A stretch of DNA of 16,326 nucleotides from Thermoproteota archaeon (GCA_027491435.1 JAOZFG010000008.1:1-16326); one strand, 5' to 3'. Positions 1-8,998 are shown, counted from the first letter of the stretch. Numbers and translations are program-made. Notes: generated by a model not told the origin, from the letters alone.

Positions 1-344
1 AAGGAAGGTACAGGTTTAGGCAGGATGAGCGAGATCATGGCTGTTAAAAGCAAGGGAGTGGCTGTCGTGGACGAGACAGTCGTGAACTTCGCTGTAAGGT
101 TTACTGGGGTGGCGCTGGACCCTGAGATAGGCTTGATCTGGCTTATAACCACAAGTATATGCTGTTCGTCGGTTTTCAATCCCTTAACTTATTTCAAAGA
201 GAAGTCGCCTTCAGTTGAGCCAAATTTATAGCTTACCGCAAGGTGAGAGAACGACTCTAAACCATTTCAACAACATTTGAGGGCTATCGCACGAAGACGT
301 TCCTGAGCTTACCGAGTAACGTATCTTCCATCGAGAATTACCCT

Positions 345-749
345 CTAGCCCAGCAGAACCACTCTCCTCTTCAGGTCATGCGGGAGCCTCTCATATAACT
401 TTCTGTCTGTCGTGACTAGTCTAGTGTCCAGCTGTATAGCTAGAGACAGGAAGAGAGCATCATATAACGTTATCCCTAGATTTACAGCCAGCCTCATCGA
501 ATTTAGGAGCAGCTCGTCAGAACCGTACACTTTGGATGACCTTATCAGGGCCTTGAGCAGGTTAACTCTCTTTTCAACCTCTTCCTTCGCTATCCTACCC
601 ATCCTCACATGTTTCCAGAGCACATTTCCCGCCTCAGCGAAGGCGATATCGACTGTGGCCTTGTCCTCCAACAGGTACTCTTTGCACTCCTCGTAGAACT
701 CGTCCTTCACTATCACGCTGGCGAATACGCTGGAATCAATGACCAGCAT
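345..749 (-). CDS. vapC: VapC-type PIN-domain ribonuclease toxin
   Basis: 134 aa with the PIN acidic tetrad: D5 (VIDSS), E39 (FAEAGN), D97 (LYDALF), D115 (TTDRKL). Overlaps the upstream small gene by 14 nt. Confidence 0.9.
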   Translation of the reverse strand: MLVIDSSVFASVIVKDEFYEECKEYLLEDKATVDIAFAEAGNVLWKHVRMGRIAKEEVEKRVNLLKALIRSSKVYGSDELLLNSMRLAVNLGITLYDALFLSLAIQLDTRLVTTDRKLYERLPHDLKRRVVLLG

Positions 750-966
750 CCCTGTCCTCCCTTATCAACTTCCACGAGGGCGTTTTACCCGGCTTCAAAC
801 CTTTATTAATCTCATCTATCTCAGCTAGAATCTCTTGAGTCTCAAGTTGCCTTATCTTACTTTCTATTGCCTCTAGAATTACCTCCCTCCAGTTCACATC
901 CCCGTACTTCCTAACTTTCTTCCTCAATCTCTTAGGAATTCGAATGCTTATCACATCGGATGACAT
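736..966 (-). CDS. vapB: VapB-type antitoxin, ribbon-helix-helix (CopG-like)
   Basis: 76 aa. N-terminal VISIRIPKRLRKK...VNWREVILEAIE fits an RHH pattern, and the C-terminal LIREDRD is typical of archaeal VapB. Lies immediately upstream of the PIN gene. Confidence 0.85.
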   Translation of the reverse strand: MSSDVISIRIPKRLRKKVRKYGDVNWREVILEAIESKIRQLETQEILAEIDEINKGLKPGKTPSWKLIREDRDAGH

Positions 967-976
967 CGCGTATTCT

Positions 977-996
977 TAATGTATACATTATATAAA
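977..996 (-). promoter_or_regulatory. vapBC promoter: TATA box plus palindromic operator
   Basis: Minus-strand TTTATATAA at 988-996 lies 22-30 nt upstream of the vapB ATG (leaderless geometry). The perfect 14-bp palindrome TAATGTATACATTA at 977-990 overlaps it. Confidence 0.7.
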
Positions 997-1290
997 CATA
1001 TGGATAAGAGCCGTAACGATGAAGATAAGTGAAGTTATGAAGTACAGAGAAACTTTAAAGGGAGCAGAGAAGGGCCCCAAGAAGACTGGAGATGACCCTA
1101 ACAGAATTGGTGGGGCTACCTCTAAGTGTTGTCAGCTTAAGCACTTCCTCTCCACTCGTACCATAGCCTCAATTGACGGTGTCTGTAGGACTTCCAGGTT
1201 CAAACTCACGAGAAGAATAGAGGAATCCCAACTCAATTAAAGCCCTCAAGCTGAGGCACCATTGAACGAGAAGACGATTTACTGAAGATG

Positions 1291-1299
1291 AATAAAAAA
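1291..1299 (-). terminator. Oligo-T terminator of gdhA
   Basis: Minus strand reads TTTTTTATT, starting 5 nt after the gdhA stop codon; archaeal U-tract type. Confidence 0.55.
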
Positions 1300-1303
1300 G
1301 GGT

Positions 1304-2572
1304 TTAGGGCCAGATGCCCCTTATCTCCATGGCCTTCACTACACGCTCGACAGCCAGCACCAGAGCGGCAGTCCTCATGTCCACCTTCAGCTCATTGTGC
1401 TTGTTGTAGACGTCCCTGAAGGCCTTGGTCATCTTGGCCCTGAGCTTCTGTCTTACGGTGTCTATGTCCCACCACTCCCTGGTCCTGGCCTGGACCCACT
1501 CGAAGTAGCTGACGGTGACTCCACCGGCATTGGCGAGGATGTCGGGTATTATGAGCACTCCCTTCTCGTACAGTATCTGGTCAGCCTCAGGGGTGGTCGG
1601 CCCGTTGGCGGCCTCGGCTATCAGCTTGGCTCTAACGTTGTCTGCGTTCTCCTTGGTTATCACGTTCTCTATGGCGGCAGGTATCAGCACGTCCACGTCA
1701 AGCTCGAGCAGCTTCTTGTTGCCCTCAGCAGGGTCAGCAGCCAGCGGGGTGGAGCCGGGGAAGTCCTTGACGCTACCGGTCTTCTTCTTGTGTTCCAGGA
1801 CGGCGTCAGGATCTAGTCCGTCAGGGTTGTATATGGCTCCTCTGGTGTCGCTGACGGCCACTACCTTCATTCCAAGCTCGTGCATGAACTTGGCTGAGAA
1901 GTAGCCAGCGTTTCCGTATCCCTGCACTGCAGCAGTTGCGTTCTTGGGGTCTATGTTGAGTACCTTAAGGGCCTCCTCCACGGTGTACTGCAGACCCCTG
2001 GCGGTGGCCTCAACCCTCCCCTCGCTACCGCCAACCTCTAGGGGCTTACCAGTTATAACGCCGGGCTCAGGGTAGCCCTTTAACATGCTGTAGGTGTCCA
2101 TTATCCAGGCCATTTCCCTGGGGCTGGTGTACACGTCAGGGGCGGGTATATCTATGTTAACCCCTATTATGGGGCTTATCATGTAAGCGTACCTTCTAGT
2201 GAGCCTCTCCAATTCACCAAGGCTCAGCTTGTGGGGGTCAACCCTTATACCGCCCTTAGCGCCTCCGAAGGGTATGTCAACTACGGCAGTCTTCCAGGTC
2301 ATCCACATAGCCAGTGCCTTTACCTCATCAGCGTCAGTGTTGGGGTGATACCTGATACCTCCCTTGAAGGGACCCCTAGCGTCGTTGTGCTGGACCCTCC
2401 AACCGGTGAAAACCTTTATAGAACCATCGTCCATTCTAACGGGAATCTGTACCTCCAAAACCCTCTTCGGCTGGGCTAAAACAGCGTGTAAACCAGGGTC
2501 GAGGTTCATTACCTTGGCAGCCTTCTCAAGCTGCTTCAGAGCGACTTCCCAAGGGTTAAGATGCTGGGTCAT
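1304..2572 (-). CDS. gdhA: Glutamate dehydrogenase (NAD(P)+), Glu/Leu/Phe/Val dehydrogenase family
   Basis: Motifs GPFKGGIRYHP, MTWKTA, PFGGAKGG (catalytic Lys), DIPAPDV, GRVEATARG, QGYGNAG (Rossmann), EAANGPTT, PDILANAGGVTVSYFEW. SD GGAGGTG at 2580-2586. Confidence 0.97.
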   Translation of the reverse strand: MTQHLNPWEVALKQLEKAAKVMNLDPGLHAVLAQPKRVLEVQIPVRMDDGSIKVFTGWRVQHNDARGPFKGGIRYHPNTDADEVKALAMWMTWKTAVVDIPFGGAKGGIRVDPHKLSLGELERLTRRYAYMISPIIGVNIDIPAPDVYTSPREMAWIMDTYSMLKGYPEPGVITGKPLEVGGSEGRVEATARGLQYTVEEALKVLNIDPKNATAAVQGYGNAGYFSAKFMHELGMKVVAVSDTRGAIYNPDGLDPDAVLEHKKKTGSVKDFPGSTPLAADPAEGNKKLLELDVDVLIPAAIENVITKENADNVRAKLIAEAANGPTTPEADQILYEKGVLIIPDILANAGGVTVSYFEWVQARTREWWDIDTVRQKLRAKMTKAFRDVYNKHNELKVDMRTAALVLAVERVVKAMEIRGIWP

Positions 2573-2613
2573 AGGATAACACCTCCCTTAGGGGGCATCC
2601 TATATGAACGGGT

Positions 2614-2630
2614 ATAATTATTAAATATTA
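2614..2630. promoter_or_regulatory. Overlapping divergent TATA elements for gdhA and capC
   Basis: AT block ATAATTATTAAATATTA in a 77-bp intergenic gap. Plus-strand TTAAATA at 2621-2627 is 23-29 nt before ATG 2650; minus-strand TTTAATAA at 2618-2625 lies upstream of the gdhA SD. Confidence 0.55.
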
Positions 2631-2649
2631 AGGTCTTTAACTAACCCGG

Positions 2650-3117
2650 ATGAAGGGCGTCCCCATGACGTTAATGTATTTAACATTAACAGCGTTCAAC
2701 ACCCAGCAAGAGGTCACCGTTTACGCCGTAATACTCCTTGAGATGTTCCTAGCCTGGGGGTATTATGAACTAACGGGAAAGAGGGACTTCTCTCTGGCCT
2801 CACCGCTGCTGGCAGGCTACTTGGCAACTTACCCTGAGAGCTGGCCATGGGTTGTCGCCTCCTTCACCATCTCATTGCTTATTATCGAGCTCTTCTACTG
2901 GAGGTTTCTTTTCTACGGAATGAGATCCCTTTACCTGGCGATGACCGTGAGCTCCTTAATTATCTTGGTCCTTGTGGGTGCCTCTATAACTTCTTTGCTT
3001 ATGTCCACGCTCCCAGGGCTCCTAGCTTATGATGTGCACGCCTCAATGGATAGGAAGCGCACCTTAATGGCCTCCTGGGGGCTCATTTTAATAACCTGTT
3101 TCATAATGACCTGGTGA
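2650..3117 (+). CDS. capC: Poly-gamma-glutamate biosynthesis membrane protein CapC/PgsC-like
   Basis: 155 aa, very hydrophobic. LLAGYLA, FLFYGMR and LPGLLAYD parallel the PgsC motifs (V)PGYLA, LYGRR and PGLIAN. Directly precedes a CapB-like gene. Confidence 0.75.
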   Translation: MKGVPMTLMYLTLTAFNTQQEVTVYAVILLEMFLAWGYYELTGKRDFSLASPLLAGYLATYPESWPWVVASFTISLLIIELFYWRFLFYGMRSLYLAMTVSSLIILVLVGASITSLLMSTLPGLLAYDVHASMDRKRTLMASWGLILITCFIMTW

Positions 3118-3121
3118 GCCC

Positions 3122-4096
3122 TTGAGGATTGCCGTGATGGGGACTAGGGGCAAGACCAGCACCGCAATACTCCTTTACACGGAACTCAGGAGGAGAGGGT
3201 TCAGAGTAGTGTGCAAGGCCACAGGAGCCCTGCCTTTCCTTTGCCACGACGGCAGGTGTTTCAGAATAAAAAGGAGAGGGAGAACTAGGCTCTACGAGAA
3301 CCTGGAGGCGTTGAAGCTCGACGCTGACTTCTACATCATGGAGAACCATGGGACGAACCCGTACACAATGAGGGCCTTCAACCACTTCGTTAAGCCTGAT
3401 GTGGTCGTCCTTACCAACGCTAGGCTGGACCACACAGAACACATGGGTGAGAGTAAACGGACAATAGCTGAGAACATGGCGAAGGCCGTTGGTAAGGTGA
3501 AGCTGGTGGTCATGGGGGAGGACTTCCCGATACAGGGTGTTAAGGTCTTCCCCACTGAGATGCCCGGGTCGGAGGTTCCTAGGCTAGTGGACTTGCTGCT
3601 AAAAGAGTTGGGGCTGGGGGGAATTGACGTGTCCCTCTACGATAAAATGATATCAAGAGAGCTCAGGTATAGGGATGGGCCAGTCAGGTGGTTTGACGCC
3701 TCCAAGGTCAACGACCCTGAGAGCTTTTCCATGATAGTTAGCTGGCTCGATGAAAAGCCTAATCTGGCGATACAGCTAAGGAGGGACAGGCCCGGCCGTA
3801 CAAAGGTATTTCTCAACTACATAAGGGAGAACAGGGGGAGCTTCGGCAGAATAGCTGTTGCAGGGGCTTGGGCAAGCAGGTTCGCTGACTTGGTTGAGGG
3901 CAGGAGCTTCAGAGAGTCGAGCGAGGGGGCTAGGAGGGCCCTGTCCTGGTTAGAGGGGCCCGTGCTGACCGCTGTAAATAGAAGCGGCGAGTTTATGTCG
4001 TCCTTTCTCTCCCTGTTGGGGGCTCCCAACGGAATCCCGACGATATTCGGGACCTTCAAGCCTGAGAGGATATGCTCCGGGCTGATAAGGTCCTGA
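3122..4096 (+). CDS. capB: Poly-gamma-glutamate synthase CapB/PgsB-like (Mur/FolC ligase family)
   Basis: P-loop GTRGKTS, KATG, MENHGTNPYT, TNARLDHTEHMG, VNDPES and LRRDRPGRT match CapB-type motifs. TTG start, with SD GGTGA overlapping the capC stop. Confidence 0.8.
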   Translation: MRIAVMGTRGKTSTAILLYTELRRRGFRVVCKATGALPFLCHDGRCFRIKRRGRTRLYENLEALKLDADFYIMENHGTNPYTMRAFNHFVKPDVVVLTNARLDHTEHMGESKRTIAENMAKAVGKVKLVVMGEDFPIQGVKVFPTEMPGSEVPRLVDLLLKELGLGGIDVSLYDKMISRELRYRDGPVRWFDASKVNDPESFSMIVSWLDEKPNLAIQLRRDRPGRTKVFLNYIRENRGSFGRIAVAGAWASRFADLVEGRSFRESSEGARRALSWLEGPVLTAVNRSGEFMSSFLSLLGAPNGIPTIFGTFKPERICSGLIRS

Positions 4097-4172
4097 CAGC
4101 CTTCCTGTACGGACACCCTCGGGCTCCCATTAATTTTTTAGAAAGTCGGGTACTGAAGTGAAGGTGCAATAA

Positions 4173-5246
4173 ATGAGCTACAAGATGGTGGGGGCCTTTC
4201 TCATTATAGGAGCCCTCGCCATCGCCTTTGCCGTTGGAGGAAGGCTGTCCAATGTTAAGGTCTTGGGATCAGGCTCCTCTTTCATTTACCCGCAGATGTC
4301 CGTCTGGATAAAGGAGCTCAAGGGGAAGGCGCCCTGGATAACCCTCAACTACAACCCCGTAGGCAGCGGCACAGGGCAACAACAGTTTCTCTCAGGACTG
4401 GTTGACTTCGCCGCCAGCGATCCACCGTTGAACGAGGAGAAGTGGTCTCAGCTCAGGGGAAAGGTTATTCAGATGCCCATAGTCTTAGGGGCCGTGGCCG
4501 TCGTCTACAACGTGCCTGAGGTTGATGAGCTCCGCCTGGATGGCAGGGCCTTGGCCCTGATCTACTCCGGGGAGGTGAAGTACTGGGACGATCCAGTTAT
4601 TTTGGAACTCAATCCTGGGGTCAGGTTTCCCCATAAGCCCATAGTGGCGGTTCACAGGTCTGACTCAAGCGGCACCACCAACGTCTTCACATACTTCCTG
4701 TACAAAGCCGCTCCAGACGTTTGGCCAGCTGAGAGGGTAGGCAAGACGGTGGATTGGCCGGTTGATGGCTTGGGCAACGGTGTTGGGAGCAAGGGGAACC
4801 AGGGGGTAGCTCAGACCCTAGCTAGCACCCCCTACTCCCTGGGCTACGTCGAGCTCTCCTACGCGATCCAGGAGGGCATGAAAGTAGCCCTAATAAAGAA
4901 CGCTGACGGCAAGTTCGTGAAGCCCACGGTGAAGGGGATAATGCAAGCTGCCAAGGAGGCCTTCAAAAACATGCCTAAGAGCCCCCTAGATGACTTCAGC
5001 CGTGACATGGACGCCCTCATACTGGCGCCCGGAGAGGAGTCGTACCCCATAACCTCCTTCGTCCACCTGATCTTCAGGACGGAGTACAGCGAGGAGAAGG
5101 TCAAGGCTATAAGGCTCTTAATAGAGTTCTTCAACACCGAGGGACAGGAGATGATAGTTGAAGGCTACGCGCCCATCCCGGTAGAGCTCAGGAAGACTAA
5201 CCTCAAGGCCCTGGAGTTCCTGAGGGTGTCTTCCCATGAAGGCTAA
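4173..5246 (+). CDS. pstS: Phosphate ABC transporter substrate-binding protein
   Basis: N-terminal hydrophobic anchor; motifs GSGSSFIYP, YNPVGSGTG, DFAASD, HRSDSSGTT, GSKGNQGV, GYVE, YPITSF. Confidence 0.96.
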   Translation: MSYKMVGAFLIIGALAIAFAVGGRLSNVKVLGSGSSFIYPQMSVWIKELKGKAPWITLNYNPVGSGTGQQQFLSGLVDFAASDPPLNEEKWSQLRGKVIQMPIVLGAVAVVYNVPEVDELRLDGRALALIYSGEVKYWDDPVILELNPGVRFPHKPIVAVHRSDSSGTTNVFTYFLYKAAPDVWPAERVGKTVDWPVDGLGNGVGSKGNQGVAQTLASTPYSLGYVELSYAIQEGMKVALIKNADGKFVKPTVKGIMQAAKEAFKNMPKSPLDDFSRDMDALILAPGEESYPITSFVHLIFRTEYSEEKVKAIRLLIEFFNTEGQEMIVEGYAPIPVELRKTNLKALEFLRVSSHEG

Positions 5247-6165
5247 GCACGATAAGCTCTTCTACCTCTCCCTGCTCCCCTTCGCCTCGGTAATCTTCGT
5301 CATATTCGCCCTGCTGACCTTCGTCCTGGTCAGCGAGTCCTGGCCAGCCGTTCAGAGGTGGGGCCTATCCCTCTTCACCGAGAACGTCTGGAAGCCCTCT
5401 GAGGTTAGCGTTGAGCAGGCCAGGTACGGACTGCTCGCCCCCATGTATGGCACCTTGTTAACCTCTGTCTTAGCCGCTGCAATAGCCTTGCCGCTTTCTA
5501 TCTCCACAGTGTACTTCATAGAGGAACTAGCGCCCAGAAGGGTTAGGGACTTCTTCTCTTCGGTGATAGATCTCATGGCCGGGCTTCCCACGATAATTTA
5601 CGGGCTCTGGGGGTTAGAGGTGCTGGTTCCCTTCCTAAGAGACTCATTAATGTACCCGCTGAGGCACTCCCTTCCCTTTCTGCCCCTTTTCTCCTGCGAT
5701 CCCACGGCAGGAACTTCCCTTTTGGCCGCTGGAGTCCTACTCTCCATAATGATAATTCCCTACATGCACGGGGTCATTAAGGAAGCCTACAGCTCGATAC
5801 CTTACACCTACAAGGAGGCAGCCCTCTCCCTGGGGACCACCAGGTATGAGTACTTCAAAATAATGTTGGGGCTCATCAGGCCGGCGGTCTTAGCAGCCCT
5901 CCTCCTGGGCCTTGGGAGGGCCGCCAGCGAGACGGTTGCCGTTGCCCTGGTGGTCGGAAACGCCTTCAACGTCTCACCCTGCCTGTTCGCTCCGGGCTAC
6001 ACCATATCTTCCCTCATAGCCAACCAGTTCTCCGAGGCCTCCTTCTACCCACTTATGGAGAACGTGATGTTCGCTGGGAGCCTAGTCCTCTTAGTCATAG
6101 GGGTGCTGTTCAGCGGCCTGGGGGTTGTGATGATGAGGAGGGTGAGGGAACTCTATGGACGCTAG
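5236..6165 (+). CDS. pstC: Phosphate ABC transporter permease
   Basis: Motifs YGTLLTS, AGLPTIIYGLWG, EAA loop KEAALSLGTT, GRAASETVAV, IANQFSEA. Overlaps pstS by 11 nt. Confidence 0.95.
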   Translation: MKAKHDKLFYLSLLPFASVIFVIFALLTFVLVSESWPAVQRWGLSLFTENVWKPSEVSVEQARYGLLAPMYGTLLTSVLAAAIALPLSISTVYFIEELAPRRVRDFFSSVIDLMAGLPTIIYGLWGLEVLVPFLRDSLMYPLRHSLPFLPLFSCDPTAGTSLLAAGVLLSIMIIPYMHGVIKEAYSSIPYTYKEAALSLGTTRYEYFKIMLGLIRPAVLAALLLGLGRAASETVAVALVVGNAFNVSPCLFAPGYTISSLIANQFSEASFYPLMENVMFAGSLVLLVIGVLFSGLGVVMMRRVRELYGR

Positions 6166-6994
6166 GTACCTTAAGGAGAGGGCCTTCCTGATAATCACCG
6201 TGGCCCTAGCGGTCATAGCAGTATTCCCGGTTTTCCATGTCCTCTTCACCATCCTGGTTAGGGGAGGACAAACCCTCCTCAAGGCTGGCCCTTCCTTCCT
6301 GCTGGACGTCCCACCTCCTCCCGGGAAGGGGCTAGGAGGGATAGCTCCATCTCTGGCTGGAACGCTCATGCTGGCCTTCTACTCCTCCATAGCAGGAATA
6401 CCCCTATCCTTCTTCGCTGCAATCCTAGCAGTGGAATTTCCCAGGAGCCTAATAGCTAAGGGCGTCAGGGTCCTGAGCAAAGCCCTCCTCGAGATCCCTT
6501 CAGTAGTCGTGGGAATGCTTGTCTACGCCATAATGGTGGTCCCCATGGGGCAGTTCTCCATATTAGCTGGCGCGGTGGCTCTGGCCATAATGATGATCCC
6601 CTACGTCACCACCTACGTTGAGGAGGCCCTCGAGTCAGTTCCCTTTACCTACAGGGAGGCCGGCTTCAGCGTCGGGATGCTTAGGTCTCAGGTGGTATTC
6701 AAGGTGGTGGTGGGGATAGCTAAGAGAGGCATACTTACTGGGATGCTCATAGGCATAGCCAAGGTGCTGGGGGAGACGGCGCCCCTGCTATTCACCCTCG
6801 GGAGGGACAGGTACAGCGTTCCCACCAACGTATTCGAGTACGGGGACTCCATATCCCTTCTAATATTCGACTACGTCCAGACGCCCTACGCCAACATGCA
6901 CGAGGTGGCCTGGGGGGCTGCCCTAGTGTTGACCCTAATGTTTCTGGCCCTCTTCACCCTGGTGAAGAGGTACGCTGGGGAGGTGAGGCTTTGA
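6155..6994 (+). CDS. pstA: Phosphate ABC transporter permease
   Basis: Motifs GGIAPSLAGT, IPSVVVG, EEALESVP...REAGFSVG, GETAPLLFT, AWGAALVL. Overlaps pstC by 11 nt. Confidence 0.95.
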   Translation: MDARYLKERAFLIITVALAVIAVFPVFHVLFTILVRGGQTLLKAGPSFLLDVPPPPGKGLGGIAPSLAGTLMLAFYSSIAGIPLSFFAAILAVEFPRSLIAKGVRVLSKALLEIPSVVVGMLVYAIMVVPMGQFSILAGAVALAIMMIPYVTTYVEEALESVPFTYREAGFSVGMLRSQVVFKVVVGIAKRGILTGMLIGIAKVLGETAPLLFTLGRDRYSVPTNVFEYGDSISLLIFDYVQTPYANMHEVAWGAALVLTLMFLALFTLVKRYAGEVRL

Positions 6995-7752
6995 AGGAGT
7001 TCGCCTTGGAGGTTAAGGACCTAAATGTGTGGATAAGGGACAAGCACATAATAAAGGGGGTGTCCGTTCAGATTCCCAGGGCCAAGATATTAGCTGTGAT
7101 GGGTCCCAGCGGCTCAGGCAAGTCCACCATGCTTAGAGCCATAAACAGGCTCATAGAGCTCATTCCCGACGCTAGGGTGGAGGGCAGAGTTGAGGTCTAC
7201 GGGAGGGACGTGTACGCCGAGGACCCTTACAAGATAAGGAGGATAATGGGGACCGTCTTCCAAACGCCTAACCCGTTCCCCCACATGTCCATATACGAGA
7301 ACGTGGCCATAGGTCCCAAGATAAACCGGCTGGTTAAGAGCAAACGTGAGCTTGATGAGCTGGTTAGGTGGGCCCTGGAAAAGGCGATGCTCTGGGACGA
7401 GGTGAAGGACAGGCTCCACGACCCCCCTCACAGGCTGAGCGGAGGTCAGCAACAGAGGCTATGCCTGGCCAGGGCCTTGGCCCTCAAGCCGAAGCTCCTG
7501 CTTCTGGATGAGCCTACCGGCAACGTGGACCCAGTTAACGCCGTGAAGATAGAGGAGGCCCTTAAAGGCCTAGTGAAGGAGCTGGGCCTCACTATAGTTC
7601 TGGTGACTCACACCCCGCAGCAGGCGGTCAGGATCTCAGATTACATAGCCTTCCTCTACATGGGGAAGCTCGTGGAATTCGGGCTCACTGACAGGATAGC
7701 TTTGAACCCGAGCCACGAGCTGACGGTCAAGTTCCTGAGGGGCGAGGTATAG
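6991..7752 (+). CDS. pstB: Phosphate ABC transporter ATP-binding protein
   Basis: Walker A GPSGSGKST, VFQTPNPFPHMSIYENVA, signature LSGGQQQRL, LLLDEPT, VTH. The TTG start overlaps the pstA stop (TTGA), with SD GGAGGTGA upstream. Confidence 0.96.
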   Translation: MKEFALEVKDLNVWIRDKHIIKGVSVQIPRAKILAVMGPSGSGKSTMLRAINRLIELIPDARVEGRVEVYGRDVYAEDPYKIRRIMGTVFQTPNPFPHMSIYENVAIGPKINRLVKSKRELDELVRWALEKAMLWDEVKDRLHDPPHRLSGGQQQRLCLARALALKPKLLLLDEPTGNVDPVNAVKIEEALKGLVKELGLTIVLVTHTPQQAVRISDYIAFLYMGKLVEFGLTDRIALNPSHELTVKFLRGEV

Positions 7753-7760
7753 TCAACCCC

Positions 7761-7804
7761 ATTTTACCATAACTTTTATATTATTGGTTAACCAAATTTT
7801 ACCA
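7761..7804 (+). promoter_or_regulatory. Promoter/operator of the AAA ATPase gene
   Basis: TTTTATATTA at 7774-7783, perfect palindrome TTGGTTAACCAA at 7784-7795, and direct repeat ATTTTACCA at 7761-7769 and 7796-7804, directly before ATG 7805. Confidence 0.6.
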
Positions 7805-8998
7805 ATGTGGCTGGACGAGCTCAGTTACAGGATGAGGCTTAGGGCTGAGAGGGCCTCCAGGTACAGGAAGAGGTTCTTCCTGAAGGAGCTCCCTAAGGGC
7901 AGGGTGGTCCTCCTTCCTGGTATAAGGGGCGTGGGGAAGAGCGTCGCCTTACTTCAACTCTTCTTTGAGGTAGGAGGTTACCTATTCTGGGTTGACGAGC
8001 TCTCTCTGTTTTACGGGATGGGCCTGACTGACCTCTTAAGGGAGATAGAGAGGAGGGAAGGCGAGCCAATTGAGAGACTCAACGTCACGATAATGTTGGA
8101 CGAGGTGCATTACGACAGCAAATGGGCCCTGGCCCTCAAGTGGCTGGCTGACGCCTTCCAAGGAAGGGTCATAGCCACGGGCTCATCGGCCCTTGCCTTT
8201 CAGATGACTCCTGAGCTGGGCAGGAGAGCCAAGGTCAGCTGGGTCTGGCCCCTCTCCTTTTACGAGTGGCTCTACCTTAGGGGAGAGGATGTGAGACCAG
8301 TTAGGCTGGAGGACCTATTCTTCAAGGATGTCCAGCCGGAGTACAGGCCTGGCTTCGAGAGGTTCCTCAAGGAGGGAGGCCTCCCCGTAACCTTGGAGTT
8401 CGGGATAGACTCTGTCCTTAGGTCTGTGGAGAGGGCGATCTTCGGCGACATGCTAGTGGTTGGAGGCTTCGACAGGAAGACGGTCTCTTTAACCCCTCAG
8501 CTCCTTAGGAGGCTGGCCCTCAACCCATCTATAAGCGTGGAGAGGTTGGCTTCAGAGGTAGGTCTGTCCAAACCCACTGTCGTGTCGGTGCTCGACTACC
8601 TGGAGAAGGCCGGGCTCATAATACAGCTCAGGCCCTACGGGCCGCTCTCCTCCCTAAGGAAGGGGTTGAAGAGGTACTTCGTGACTCCGACCATAAGGTA
8701 CGCTTTAACTGCCCCCAGCTACGACCTCGGAACTCTCCTGGAGGAGTACGTTGCCTCCCAACTCTACCTGATGGCCCTGAGGAACGGCTGGGACCTCACC
8801 TTCTGGCCTAAGGATGGGCCGGACTTCGTGCTTACAATGGGCGGTAAAAGGGTAGCCATTGAGGTGGGGTTCGGGAAGAAAGGTTACTCCCAGGTGGTTA
8901 AGGCCCTAGGGAAAGTCGACGAGGTGGTGGTGATATCTGAGGAGGGGCCCAAGGGGGTTAAGTGGATACCCTTGCAGGCCTTCTACCGTGCCTGGTAA
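7805..8998 (+). CDS. AAA+ ATPase (AAA_14/DUF4143-type) with winged helix and C-terminal restriction-endonuclease-like domain
   Basis: Walker A GIRGVGKS, Walker B IMLDEVH, ATGSS, wHTH SVERLASEVGLSKPTVVSVLDYLEKAGLI, C-terminal LEEYV...PDF...IEVG. ATG 7805 is preferred over the track's TTG 7784 because the TATA box ends at 7783. Confidence 0.85.
   Translation: MWLDELSYRMRLRAERASRYRKRFFLKELPKGRVVLLPGIRGVGKSVALLQLFFEVGGYLFWVDELSLFYGMGLTDLLREIERREGEPIERLNVTIMLDEVHYDSKWALALKWLADAFQGRVIATGSSALAFQMTPELGRRAKVSWVWPLSFYEWLYLRGEDVRPVRLEDLFFKDVQPEYRPGFERFLKEGGLPVTLEFGIDSVLRSVERAIFGDMLVVGGFDRKTVSLTPQLLRRLALNPSISVERLASEVGLSKPTVVSVLDYLEKAGLIIQLRPYGPLSSLRKGLKRYFVTPTIRYALTAPSYDLGTLLEEYVASQLYLMALRNGWDLTFWPKDGPDFVLTMGGKRVAIEVGFGKKGYSQVVKALGKVDEVVVISEEGPKGVKWIPLQAFYRAW

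Noticed and set aside
1-231. Plus-strand ORF 25-231 (open from base 1) and an antisense open frame from TTG 179 running off the window edge
   Set aside because: No recognisable motif in either frame, and the coding strand cannot be decided without flanking sequence.
230-314. 9-bp direct repeat AGCTTACCG (230-238, 306-314) as a possible target-site duplication
   Set aside because: The 67 bp between the copies has no convincing terminal inverted repeats and no transposase is nearby; compatible with chance.
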